NCBI GenBank assembly: GCA_951406725.2
Contig: OX597841.1
Location: 24,242,001 to 24,306,000, forward strand
Origin: Octopus vulgaris
Taxonomy: Eukaryota
Length of the DNA stretch: 64,000 bases
Reading direction: 5' to 3'
Shown here: positions 13,084-25,689 of the stretch, one piece after another
Numbering within the stretch: the stretch's first letter is position 1
How the letters are laid out: each line of letters begins with the position of its first letter
The notes under the pieces: generated by a model
What the model was told of the DNA's origin: nothing
Database searches by the model: none
What the model saw: only the letters and a program-made list of their open reading frames with translations
Position numbers and translations under genes: made by a program

Positions 13084-13228
13084 GTAGATAGGTAGATAGG
13101 TAGATAGATGGATGGATGGATGGATATAGATTGATAAATGTAGATAGATAGATATAAATTTAGATATACACACATTATATGACCACTTAAACACAGACAC
13201 ATACTTATGATATATACGTGTGTGTGTG

Positions 13229-13262
<34 letters not shown>
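12520..13262. repeat. (TA)/(TG)/(GATA)/(GGTA) compound microsatellite
   Basis: Directly visible. Confidence 0.95.
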
Positions 13263-13264
<2 letters not shown>

Positions 13265-13479
13265 GGCTGAAGAATTAAGAAGTTTTACAATCATGAGATC
13301 TTCAGATTGATCCTAGTATCTGTCATCTCGTGCAAGTATTTGTTACTATGGTTACAGATCGATTCCAAGTTTTGTAAATGAAATTAGTTTGACAAAACTA
13401 TTGGTTGAACTCTAGCTTTCACTTAATGATTCGACCAATCATGTCGCAAGAACTAAGAATGGCCGTTTGTAGAGGTCAC

Positions 13480-13700
13480 AGCTCTGGCATTGCAGATACG
13501 TAATTAGACTGTTATAGGAAAGAACTACAAGACAGATTCTTCAAATTGAACCAAATGGTAGGAGGCGCAGGGGTAGACCAAGAACGAAATGCTTGGATAA
13601 TATCCATTGCCTCAGTTGGTCATACGCGGGATTCCAGCTGCGAAGTCTAATGATGGCTGCTTGTGACAAGACCTTATGGAAGAGGTGCCTAGGAGCTCTC
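13480..13700 (+). pseudogene. RTE-clade LINE ORF2 C-terminal remnant
   Basis: Translates ERTTRQILQIEPNGRRRRGRPRTKCLDNI, the GxRxRGRP..W.D motif of RTE ORF2 ends. Confidence 0.65.
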
Positions 13701-13947
13701 ATCATCATCATCATCATCATCGTTTAACGTCCGCTTTCCATGCTAGTTGGACGATTTTGACTGAGGGCTGGCAAACCAGATGGTTGCACCAGGCTCCAAT
13801 CTTGATTTGGCAGAGTTTCTACAGCTGGATGCCCTTCCTAACGCTAACCACTCCGTGAGTGTAGTGGGTGCTTTTTACGTGCTAGGCGAGGCTGGCAACA
13901 GCCACAATCAGATTAGTGCTTTTTACCACACGGCCACTCCTGCGCCT
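13700..13947 (-). mobile_element. family B fragment fused to family A 5' end
   Basis: Same chimeric junction recurs at 14808-15056. Confidence 0.75.
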
Positions 13948-13960
13948 ATATATATATATA

Positions 13961-14165
13961 ACGGGAAGCTTTATGAAAATAGACAAAAGATGAAGGCAGG
14001 TGGAAAACAAACAAACAATTGTATTAGTATGGTGCTCAGGAAATATAAATAAAACAAGTCTTTAACGTTTCGAGCCTACGCTCTTCAACAGAAAGATACA
14101 CAGAGAAAAAAAACACAGAAAGAAGGAGAGGAAAAAAATGCGTGCAGTAACTAACGAATCAACAT
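13961..14165 (-). mobile_element. family E hammerhead element
   Basis: Minus strand TCTTT-CTGTTGA-A-GAGC GTAG GCTC-GAAA-CG-TT-AAAGA at 14059-14096; adjacent to (TA)n. Confidence 0.75.
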
Positions 14166-14215
14166 GCAATACGAGAGTATTGCTTTCCAGTAAAGAATAG
14201 CCCGTGAGGGAAAAT

Positions 14216-14676
14216 TATACATAAAAGCAAATACATGGCACAACAAAGTACCGATATTTACTGGAAAATAGCGAACGTAATAAATACGATTGTATTACAT
14301 TATTATTTTTATTGAAACTTCTTCACTGTTCTCGTTCTGTTAGCGTTTTGGCGTTTCAGTCGAGTGTATTGGCATGGATGTGGCAACATTTGAAATGTTG
14401 TCGAGGTATATGTTGGCTGATGAAGATAAATCAAGTATATGTGGGCAGACATATCTTGAAGAATCTGAAACCGGTACCACATTATCCCTTTCTAGGTATT
14501 TCATCTTTCAGATGTTCTCCCTAGAGGTAAGACAATTTTTTTTAAGTTTGTTGTACACACGCATTTTTGCTAGTACATACGCAGTGAAGCTATGCATTAG
14601 TGTCGTATTTATTATGTTCGCTATTTTCCAGTAAATATCGGTACTTCGTTGTGTCATTTATTTGCTTTTATGTATA
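14216..14676 (+). mobile_element. element with ~74-bp inverted termini enclosing a hammerhead
   Basis: Inverted arms 14216-14289 and 14603-14676; ends in (TA)n. Confidence 0.75.
14410..14482 (+). ncRNA. type-I hammerhead ribozyme, canonical core
   Basis: ATGTTGG-CTGATGA-AGAT..TCAAGTATATGT GGGCAG ACATATCTTGA..ATCT-GAAA-CCGG-TA-CCACAT; stem I, extended stem II, palindromic stem III ACCGGT, GUA cleavage triplet. Confidence 0.85.
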
Positions 14677-14775
14677 TATATATATATATATATATATTGT
14701 TATATTTCGGAATGGTCATATTGCCAGTTTAGCCAATATATATATATATATATATTTAAATATATATATTTAAAC

Positions 14776-14807
<32 letters not shown>

Positions 14808-14809
<2 letters not shown>

Positions 14810-15052
14810 TCATCATCATCATCGGTTAATGTCCGCTTTCCATGCTAGCATGGGTTGGACGATTTTGACTGAGGGCTGGTGAACCAGATGGTTGCACCAG
14901 GCTCCAATCTTGATTTGGCAGGGTTTCTACAGCTTGATGCCCTTCCTAACACCAACCACTCTGAGTGTGTAGTGGGTGCTTTTTACGTGCCAGGCGAGGC
15001 TGGCAACAGCCACAATTGGATTGGTGTTTTTTACCACACAGCCACTCCTGCG

Positions 15053-15093
<41 letters not shown>

Positions 15094-15480
15094 TCATCAT
15101 CATCATCGGTTAACGTCCACTTTCCATGCTAGCATGGATTGGACGATTTTGGCTGAGGGCTGGCAAATCAGATGGTTGCACCAGGCTCCAATCTTGATTT
15201 GGCAGAGTTTCTACAGCTTGATGCCCTTCCTAACACCAACCACTCCGAAAGTGTAGTGGGTGCTTTTTACGTGCCACTGGCACGGGGGCCAGTCAGGCAG
15301 TACTGGCAACGATCTCGCTTGAATCCTTTTACACATGCCTCCAGCACAGGTGCCAGTAAGGCAACTTTGGTAAAGATCACGCTCGAATGGTGCCCTTTTA
15401 TGTGCCACTGGCACGGAAGCCAGTTGGCTGCTATGGCAACGATCACACTCAAATAGTGCTCTTGGCATCCTACTAGCACG
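14808..15480 (-). mobile_element. two tandem family B copies separated by (TA)n
   Basis: 14808-15056 and 15090-15480. Confidence 0.8.
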
Positions 15481-15574
15481 ATCCATATATAAATATTACC
15501 AATATTACTCAGAAACTGCGGGTAGGGGTAGATGGATGTCCACTCTATTCAACATATACTGATCTATATCAGAT

Positions 15575-15718
15575 AATTCTTTCTAGGCACAAGGCCTAAA
15601 ATTTTGGGGAACAGGACTAGGTAATTACGTCAACCCCAGTGCATAACTAGTACTTATGTTATCAATCCTAAAAGTATGGAAGGCAGAGTTGACCTCAGCA
15701 GAATTTGTACTCAGAACC
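15575..15718 (-). mobile_element. degenerate SINE fragment of the family at 57115-57528
   Basis: Reverse complement resembles TTCTGAGTTCAAATTCTGCCGAGGTCGACTTTGCCTTTCATCC...AAGTACCAGTT. Confidence 0.55.
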
Positions 15719-15829
15719 AGAAGAAGGCAGTGTATGTGTATGTGTCCATCAATGTGTGTGCGTGTGCATTTGTAATTTGCCCAATCAATTCCAGTATGGA
15801 AGACAATACATGAAAGTGAAATGAATATG

Positions 15830-15889
15830 TGTGTATGTATATTTATATACACATATATGCCTATGCATACATGTGTATATATATATGTT

Positions 15890-15942
<53 letters not shown>

Positions 15943-15992
15943 TGGTGCATCAGTATGGCCGCAGCTCTGAGCTGAAACTAGAAAAAAAAAAA

Positions 15993-16024
<32 letters not shown>

Positions 16025-16087
16025 GTATATATATATGTATATATATATATGTATATATATATGTATATATATATATTTGTATATATG

Positions 16088-16118
<31 letters not shown>

Positions 16119-16261
16119 GTATATACATATGTATATATATATTTGCATATATATATGTATATATATATGCATATATATATGTATATATATATATGCATAT
16201 ATATATATATATATGTATGTATATATATACATGCATATATATATATATGCTTATATATACA

Positions 16262-16305
<44 letters not shown>

Positions 16306-16594
16306 TATAAATATATATATGTATATGTGTACAACATATGTAGGCAAAGTATTTATACATTTATGTGTGTTTGATATCTTGCTTGTCAATAACAGCAAGA
16401 CATTCACATATTAAATAAACTACCAAGTAATTCAGGAAATAGAGGCAACCAAACAAGTACGCAGGAGACTAGCTCATACAATTCTTCATCTTCAATACAA
16501 ACGTCTGGTGTTGTTGTTATTTTTTTTTCTTTTACGTGTTGTTAATTATGTGTAGGGATTCCCAGTTGGTTTCCTCATGTCATTAATCTTATGA

Positions 16595-16633
<39 letters not shown>

Positions 16634-16706
16634 CATACATATATATACACATATCGATATGTCTGTCAATAATATATATTATTTATTAATTTTATATAAA
16701 TATAAG

Positions 16707-16765
<59 letters not shown>

Positions 16766-17115
16766 CACAGACTCACTCACACACACACAGATATCTATAT
16801 ATATATTTTTATATATACATTCATATATATATATATATACTGATTGACATGTATATATTTATATGTATATTTTTATATATACATTCATATATATATATAC
16901 TGATTGACATGTATATATTTATATATGTATTTATATATATATATATATATTTATATATTTATATTTATATATATATATTTATATATATATACATATATAT
17001 ATATATATAAATACATATATAAATATATACATGTCAATCAGTATATATATATATGAATGTATATATAAAAATATATATATAGATATCTGTGTGTGTGTGT
17101 GTGTGTGTGTTTGTG
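15830..17115. repeat. (TA)n-rich microsatellite blocks, including a local inverted duplication
   Basis: 16780-16930 is mirrored at about 17010-17100 (CTGATTGACATG / CATGTCAATCAG). Confidence 0.85.
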
Positions 17116-17281
17116 TATGTATTGTGGATGAATATTAAAACAAGATGAAGTTAAAAATGCAGTCAAGTGTAATCATAACACTTGATTCTACGTAGAATTC
17201 GATATCTTAGCAACAGCTTCGTGATCAGACATTCCATCAATATCACCAGTGTGTGTGTGTGTGCGTGTATGTGCATGTGAG

Positions 17282-17334
<53 letters not shown>

Positions 17335-17365
17335 GTGTGTGTGAGTGTTTATATATATATATAAA

Positions 17366-17570
17366 TTTCCCGGCTTTGCATAAAAAAAAATATTCTGGAG
17401 GATCAGTTAAATATGATTTTATTCAACATATTCCCCTCTCAGATTCACACACTTATTACAATGGTCCTTCAGTTTTTCTAAGCCCTGTATAAAAGAACTC
17501 AGACGTTTGGGCCTCCAACCAGGCCTTTCAAGAAACCCTTGATACCAGAAAATTTTCAGTACCTCCTTTT
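17366..17570 (-). mobile_element. mariner transposase C-terminal remnant
   Basis: Minus strand AWLEAQTSEFFYTGL/EKLKDHCNKCVNLRGEYVE* (one frameshift), typical mariner C-terminus. Confidence 0.75.
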
Positions 17571-17580
17571 AGAAATATAT

Positions 17581-17940
17581 AGGCGTAAGAGTGGCTGTGT
17601 GGTAAGTAGCTTGCTTACCAACCACATGATTATGGGTTCATTCCCACTGCATGGCACCTTGGGCAAGTGTCTTCTGCTATAGCCTCGGGCTGACCAAAAC
17701 CTTGTGAGTGGATTTGGTAGACGGAAACTGAAAGAAGCCTGTCGTATGTATGTATATATATGTATATGTATGTGTGTGTGTATATGTTTGTGTGTCTGTT
17801 TGTCTCTCCCCCAACATCACTTGACAACCGATGCTGATGTGTTTACGTCCCCGTAACTTAGCAGTTCAGCAAAAGAGACCGATAGAATAATTACTAGGCT
17901 TACAAAGAATAAGTCCTGGGGTCGATTTGCTCGACTAAAA
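17581..17940 (+). mobile_element. family A SINE
   Basis: Head and body match; inverted tail fragment follows at 17955-18009. Confidence 0.85.
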
Positions 17941-18009
17941 AGTATATATATATACTCTTTACTTTTACTTGTTTCAGTCATTTGACTGTGGCCATGCTGG
18001 AGCACCACC

Positions 18010-18069
<60 letters not shown>

Positions 18070-18419
18070 CAGAGAAAGGGAGAGAAAGAAAGAGAGACAC
18101 ATACACACACATATATATATATAAATACATTTCATTTATATATATATATATATACACACACATACACACGTATACACACAAATATACCCACAAACAATCA
18201 AGCATGTGTGTATATATATATATTAATGTAATAGCAACCCAACTAACACCACAACCATCTCCGCCATGACAGAGACATTCTGCCAACTTTGACACCACGT
18301 TTTAATTAGTTGTGAAAACGTTGCCATGGAAACCATAGAAACAAGAAATGAAATTGGAATGAGCGAGAAACAAAGAAAAAGAGACTCCGAGTGAAATAAC
18401 GATGCGGGTGATATGAACA

Positions 18420-18617
18420 TATGATATATACACACATACACACACTCACACGTACATATATGCATGCTTGTGTGTGTATGTATGTAAATATATATCTATA
18501 TGCATATGTGTGTGTGTGTTTGTATATATATATGCACACACATATATATACATGTACATACATATATACATATATACATATATATATGTATATACGTATA
18601 TATATGTATACGTATAT

Positions 18618-18668
<51 letters not shown>

Positions 18669-18793
18669 CATGTATATATGCGTGTGTGTGTGTGTGCATA
18701 TATATATATATACATAAATGTCAAATGACAAAATATATGTGTATATATAAACGTATATACATATATGTACATATATACATATATATATATACG

Positions 18794-18838
<45 letters not shown>

Positions 18839-18939
18839 GTATATACATATATATATATATATATATACGTATATATATATATATACGTATATACATATAT
18901 ATATATATATATATATACGTATATACATATATATATACG

Positions 18940-18972
<33 letters not shown>

Positions 18973-19006
18973 GTATATACACATATATATATATATACGT
19001 ATATAC

Positions 19007-19053
<47 letters not shown>

Positions 19054-19617
19054 CATGTATATATATGCATGTGTGTGTGCATATAGATACATAAATGTCA
19101 AATGACAAAATATATGTGTGTATATATGAACATATATATGAGAGAGAAATTGGAAGATTAGGGAGAGCCAGAAAGATATAAATATGGAAGATGGATAAAA
19201 TGAAAAAAGCAGGGAATAAAAAGGGTTTAGAGAATGGAGGGAGGGAAAGAAGAGAGAGAGAGAGAGAAAGAGAGAAGGATAAGGAAGGGAGATAAGAAAG
19301 AAAGGGTAAATTGCAGCAATGATATAGAGAAAGGGCAAAAGAAAGTGTGTGGGAGAGAGAGAGAGAGAGGATAAAGAAAATAAAAATAAAAAGGAAGTAG
19401 AGACCATCATCATCATCATTATCATTACCATCATCGTCAACATCATCACTGTTGTCGTCATTATCATCGTCATCATTTAATTTTCACTCTTCCATGCTCA
19501 CATGGATCAAGCTCAATTTGCTGAGCAGGATTTCAACAGCTGGGTGCCCTTCCTGTTCCTAACACTCACTCCTTTCCCAAGCAAAGTGATATTGCTCTAC
19601 GGCTAGATATGTCCTTA

Positions 19618-19659
<42 letters not shown>

Positions 19660-19685
19660 CGTATTTATATATATGTGTATATACG

Positions 19686-19723
<38 letters not shown>

Positions 19724-19749
19724 CGTATTTATATATATATGTATATACG

Positions 19750-19808
<59 letters not shown>

Positions 19809-19844
19809 ATATATGTATATACGTATACATATATATGTATATAC

Positions 19845-19890
<46 letters not shown>

Positions 19891-19905
19891 ATATATGTAT
19901 ATGAT
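18420..19905. repeat. (TA)n with TACG interruptions, purine-rich tract and (CAT)n
   Basis: Directly visible. Confidence 0.85.
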
Positions 19906-20499
19906 TGATTGATTGAGTGATTCTAGTTTCAGCTCATGAGCTGTGGCCATGCTGGGGCACCGCCATTTGGTGTTGCTACATGGTTTTACTTCACGAATGC
20001 TTTTTAGCAACTGCCATTTGGTGCATGAGAGAGTTCGATGCAGCTGCCCTCATCTGCACCTCCTGCCGTGAAGTTGGTTCATATATACGTACATATATAC
20101 ACATATATTTTGTCATTTGACATTTATGAAACAAGACTTAAAAGGAACAACACTGCTTGTATGATGGTGATGCTCATTCATTGAGACAAGGATACACACA
20201 TTCACAGATGTACACTAACACACACACACACGCATACATACACACATATGGTGGGTTTCTTTCAATTTTCGTTTGCCAAATCCCCTTACATGACTTTCTT
20301 TAGACCAGAGCTATTGTAGAACATACTTGTTCAAGGTGCCACACAGCTGGATTGACCCCGAGACTACATGTTTGGGAAACAGACTCCTTAACCACACAGC
20401 AAAGCTTACACCTATAAAGAGATAGCAAAGAAAAATAGAGAGAGAGAGAGAGAGAGTGGGGAGTAATATAAATAAGAGAGAGTGATTAGGAGAATAGAC

Positions 20500-20615
20500 A
20501 GCTGAAATAAAGTGTCTTGCTCAAGAACACAACATGCAGCCCAGTCCAGGAATCAAACTCATAACCTCACGATCCTAAGCTCGACACCTTAACCACTGAG
20601 AGCCATGCACCTTCA
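20500..20615 (-). mobile_element. family D SINE head fragment
   Basis: Reverse complement matches 29777-29890. Confidence 0.65.
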
Positions 20616-20641
20616 CGTATACATATATGCATATATATATA

Positions 20642-21172
20642 CAGGGTCAGGCAAAATGATCTGGCACATTTGTAGGTTAAATAAAAGGCATTGTTTTTCG
20701 TTTCTTTTTCAGTTGCTACCATGAATTGGACTGGTGAGCATCGCGCTTTCATTGTGGAAACGTTTATCAAAACAAACGTTTCTGTAACTGCAACACAAAG
20801 AGCGTTCCGTTTGCACTTCACAGCTCGAAACATGATCTTGTTATGGGTTACCAACTTCAGAGCTACTGGATCTGCATTGAAACGAAAATCAACCAGCTGA
20901 CCTCGCACCGCCAGAACTTAAAGATGCAATTCGTCAAGAAATTACTGCCATTCCACATGAAATGACCCGCCGAGTTATTGACAACTTTCGTGAACGCCTT
21001 TGACAGTGTGTGGACAATAATGGATCCCATTTGACTGATTCAATTTTTAAAACATAATGAAACAAAATGGCATTATATGTACTTTTCAAAAATAAAAACA
21101 CTTTTTTGTTTCTTTACTTCATTTGCCTTTAATTTAACCTACAAATGTGTCAGATCATTTTGCCTGACCCTG
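20642..21172 (+). mobile_element. internally deleted Tc1/mariner element with ~40-bp TIRs and TA flanks
   Basis: TIR CAGGGTCAGGCAAAATGATCTG(G/A)CACATTTGTAGGTTAAA at both ends; N-terminal MNWTGEHRAFIVETFIKTNVSVTATQRAFRLHF (DUF4817-like HTH) and C-terminal ELKDAIRQEITAIPHEMTRRVIDNFRERL*QCVDNNGSHL; DDD domain deleted. Confidence 0.9.
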
Positions 21173-21179
21173 TATATAT

Positions 21180-21388
21180 CTCTTTTACTCTTTTACTTGT
21201 TTCAGTCATTTGACTGCGGCCATGCTGGAGCACCGCCTTTAGTCGAGCAAATCGACCCCGGGACTTATTCTTTGTAAGCCCAGTACTTATTCTATCGGTC
21301 TCTTTAGCCGAACCGCTAAGTGACGGGGACATAAACACACCAGCATCAGTTGTCAAGCAATGCTAGGGGGACAAACACAGACACACAA

Positions 21389-21400
<12 letters not shown>
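21180..21400 (-). mobile_element. family A SINE 3' half
   Basis: Match to family A. Confidence 0.85.
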
Positions 21401-21421
<21 letters not shown>

Positions 21422-21434
21422 CATATATATATAT

Positions 21435-21635
21435 CAAAATGTAACCACATGTGAGTCGTTGGCGATTTTCTTCCTCCGTCTTCCTTTCTTTTGGACTTTC
21501 CCCTACTTCTGAAGTAGAGCTTTTGCTCGAAACATTAAATCCTCTTTCTTTCCTTTCCTGAGCATCTGATAACATATTACTTGTACCACGTCCTCGCGTT
21601 GTTGCTTCATGTTTGTTCTTCATTTGGATTCACTA
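21435..21635 (+). mobile_element. family F element (related to E) with decayed hammerhead, in (TA)n
   Basis: CTGAAGT-A-GAGC TTTT GCTC-GAAA-CATT at 21509-21536; shares CCACGTCCTCGCGTTG with the minus-strand copy at 49155-49312. Confidence 0.6.
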
Positions 21636-21741
21636 TATATATGTATATATATATATATATATATACACATACAAATATATATATGTATATATACATATCA
21701 GGAGTTCATATGTATATATGTATATATACATATATATATTT

Positions 21742-21772
<31 letters not shown>

Positions 21773-21774
21773 CA

Positions 21775-21810
<36 letters not shown>

Positions 21811-22273
21811 TACATACATACATATATATATACATATATATATATACATACACATACATACATATATACATACATACATACATACATATAAATATCTACA
21901 TATATTTTCTCTCTCACTTATTTGCTCCCCACTTTCTGTCTCCGTCCCTCCCTCCCTCTCTTTCTTTCTTTCTTTCTCTCCCTCCCTCTCCCTCTATCTC
22001 TCTCTCTCTTACTTTCTTCTTCTAGTGCAATGCAAACACCATCAAAATGTACATCAAATGCCATGCAATACTTTCTTCTCCAAATGAGAATTTCTTCATA
22101 TCACTTCAACTGACAGAGATCTTCACTGTTTTCACACTTCATTTGGTACAGTAGGGTAATTGTAGCTCAATATTCGATGTTGACCCCTTTCTTCTGCTGC
22201 TTTTGTTCATATTTACATATTCTTTGTGTGTGAGTGAGTATAATATATGTGTGTGTGAGTGAGTATAATATAT

Positions 22274-22375
<102 letters not shown>

Positions 22376-22376
22376 G

Positions 22377-22495
<119 letters not shown>

Positions 22496-22579
22496 ATATA
22501 TATACTTCAAATGGCGGTGCACCAGCATGGCCACAGCTCATAAGCTGAAACTAGAATCAATCAATCATACACTTTTTCT

Positions 22580-22825
22580 CTCTTTTACTCTTTTACTTGT
22601 TTCAGTCATTTGACTGCGGCCATGCTGGAGCACCACCTTTAATCGACCAACTCAACCCTGGGACTTGTTCTTTTGTAAGCCCAGTACTTATTCTATCGGG
22701 TTATAGTAGGTTATAGTAGAAGGTTATAGTAGAAGACACTTGCCTAAGGTGCCACGCAGTGGGACTGAACCCAGAACCATGTGGTTGGTAAACAAGCTAC
22801 TTACCACACAGCCACTCCTGCTCCT
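22580..22825 (-). mobile_element. family A SINE with internal deletion and small GGTTATAGTAG duplications
   Basis: Match to family A. Confidence 0.8.
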
Positions 22826-23112
22826 ATATATATATATATATTACATTAAAATAAATGTGATTCATTATAGATGGCCAGCTATTTCACTCTACACGAGCTT
22901 TTCAAATGAAGGAGGTTCTTGGTTCATTTCATGCTACAGTTCATTTAGAAGTTGCTAAATTATATACACTTCCACTCAAACTAACCCAAAACACAATTAA
23001 TAAACTTATTACTAACATTTCCTCAAATCTCGAATTTCACTCTAAGACACAAATGTCTAATAAAACAGCACATTACTTCCATAAAGTCCTCATTAGGAGT
23101 AGTTTTGGATGT

Positions 23113-23415
23113 TTTCGGTTTGAACGGTAGTTTTTAACATAATTTCTAGGTAACTAAAAAATGTTAAACTTCGTATACTGGTAGAATGTGTTTATAAAAC
23201 ATCTTTTTCTCTTGGCTTTATTGAGAAAATTCTATAGTTTGTAAGATATAGATCTTTTCGGTTTGAACGGCAGTTTTTAACATAATTTCTAGTTAACTAA
23301 AGAATTTTAAACTTCGTATACTGGTAGAATGTGTTTATAAAACATCTTTTTCTCTTGGCTTTATTGAGAAAATTCTATAGTTTGTAAGATATTTTGTAAG
23401 ATATATTTTGTAAGA
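23113..23415. repeat. ~143-bp direct tandem duplication
   Basis: TTTTCGGTTTGAACGG...GTTTGTAAGATAT at about 23113-23250 and 23256-23392. Confidence 0.85.
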
Positions 23416-23429
23416 TACATGCATGCATG

Positions 23430-23463
<34 letters not shown>

Positions 23464-23758
23464 TGTATGTATGTATGTATGTATGTATGTATGTACAACT
23501 GTGTGTGTGTATGTATGTGTGTATGTATGTATGTATGTATGTGTGTATATATATATGTATATATATATGAATGTATGCATGCATGTATGTATGGATGTAT
23601 GTATGTATGTATGTATGCATGTATGTATGTACGTATGCTTTTATTTGGCCAAGTAGTATATTATTGGTTATGATATATAACTGGTCAGAAAGTTACCATT
23701 GGTTTCACATCCCCTATTGTACTTGGCAATATAGACAACCATAAGACGTACTGATCAG

Positions 23759-23795
<37 letters not shown>

Positions 23796-23899
23796 CTGGC
23801 AAGAAGACTTGATGAGTTTTCACATGAATATAATCTTGGCATAAAGAAACCATTATTATCAAAATGGAACATGTAAGTTAACACAACAAACTGCTATTA

Positions 23900-24400
23900 A
23901 CGTAATTTTGAAAGTATTGCCTTCGAATGCTTTTTGTTCGGAATATATATATTCGTAGTGATCTATTCTGAAAGTTCTGCATTGTTTTCACTCATCTCTC
24001 GAGATATTGCTGTAATTTCCTTATAAACAGCAGCTTTCATTCAGCATGTGTGATGTATTAACAAACACTTTCTCTCTGAAGTAGGCCCGGAGGAAATTAC
24101 CACAGACCAAAAGGTCAGGTGATTGAGTCAGCCGAGCCACGGTCAAATGCTTTGGGAAATTATGTGGTCAGTAGATATGACATTTCTTCTATTATATAAC
24201 ATCCCTGGAAGGATCTGCTCTATAGGCAGACACTTATTCCATTTGTTTGAAACCAAATGTCAGTTCGTTTCTGAGAGAAGAACAATGGACAGTGCGAACA
24301 AATAGCGGTCAGAATTATTCATTGTTATTTGCATATGGTCTCAGAAATATGGGCTAGTCACACCAAAGTTTCCCACACAGCCATTTACATGGCCACCACA
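23900..24400 (-). pseudogene. decayed Tc1/mariner transposase catalytic and C-terminal region
   Basis: Minus-strand fragments GVTSPYF..NSDRY, WFQTNG (WFQQDG-like), QSPDLLVCGNFLRAYFREKVFVN (SPDL..D..LWGYLK.KV-like), KAAVYKEITAISRE. Confidence 0.65.
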
Positions 24401-24404
24401 TCAT

Positions 24405-24810
24405 TACTCTTTTTACTCTTTTACTTGTTTCAGTCTTTTGACAGTGGCCATGCTGGAGCACCACCTTTTTAGTCGAGCAAATCGACTCCAGGACATATTC
24501 TTTGTAAGCCTAGCACTGATTCTATCAGTCTCTTTTGCCGAACTGCTAAGTTACGGGGATGTAAACACACCAGCATCGGTTGTCATATATATATGTATAT
24601 GTGTGTGTGTATATGTTTGTGTGTCTGTGTTTGTCCCCCTAGCATTGCTTAACAACCGATGCTGGTGTGTTTACATCCTCGTAACTTAGCAGTTCGGCAA
24701 AAGATACCAATAGAATAAGTACTAGGCTTACAAAGAATAAGTTCTGGGGGCGATTTGCTCGACTAAAGGCAGTGCTCCAGCATGGCCGCAGTCAAATGAC
24801 TGAAACACTT
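24405..24810. mobile_element. two family A 3' halves in inverted orientation
   Basis: 24405-24585 on minus, 24615-24810 on plus. Confidence 0.8.
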
Positions 24811-25024
24811 GTTCCTGTCACTTTATGCTTTCACTCCCTTCAATGCTATATATATATATATATATGCTATATATATATATATAGGGGAGTATCGTAGTTT
24901 TATTTTTGTAGACTTATTTTTGTAGTAATAGAAATGGTAGCCCTTTGACTGCTATTTCTAATATTTTCGGTATGTGGTTTAAGCAACTTGTTGCAAAAAA
25001 CCCTTATTATAATTATATATATAC

Positions 25025-25210
25025 TACTCATGGAGTCGTTGGCGTTAGGAAGGGCATCCAGCTGTAGAAACATTGCCAGATTAGACTGGAGCCTGGTGCA
25101 GCCTTCTGGCTTCCCAGAACCCCGGTCGAACCGGCCCAACCCATGCTAGCATGGAGAACGGACGTTAAACGACGATGATGATGATGATGATATATATATA
25201 TATATATATG

Positions 25211-25247
<37 letters not shown>

Positions 25248-25495
25248 ATATATCATCATCATCATCATCATCATCGTTTAACGTCCGTTTTCCGCGCTAG
25301 CACGGGTTGGACATATATATATATACATATATATGACGGGTTTCTTTCAGTTTCCGTCTACCAAATCCACTCACAAGGCTTTGGTCGGCCCAAGGCTATA
25401 GTAGAAGACACTTGCCCAAGGTTCCCCGCAGTGGGACCGAACCCGGCACCATGTGGTTGGTAAGCAAAGCTACTTACCACACACCCACTCCTACA
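25025..25495. mobile_element. family B copy (+), inverted B tail and family A head (-) cluster
   Basis: Motif matches to families A and B. Confidence 0.75.
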
Positions 25496-25689
25496 CCTTA
25501 AGATATCAACAAACTACACATCTCACCTGTAGTTTCTGCAGAACAGGGCAAGGACAGAAGCACCCAAGTCAACCTCAATAAAATTGATTGAAACCGGATC
25601 TTATTCATGAAGCAAATTACAGCATTCCCACCCAAATGCTACATTCCTGGTATTGAAAAGTCATTCGTGATGACTGCACACAATTTTCA

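Noticed and set aside
17180-17250. Palindrome ATTCTACGTAGAAT with nearby CTGGTGA on minus strand
   Set aside because: GAAA incomplete and stems do not close
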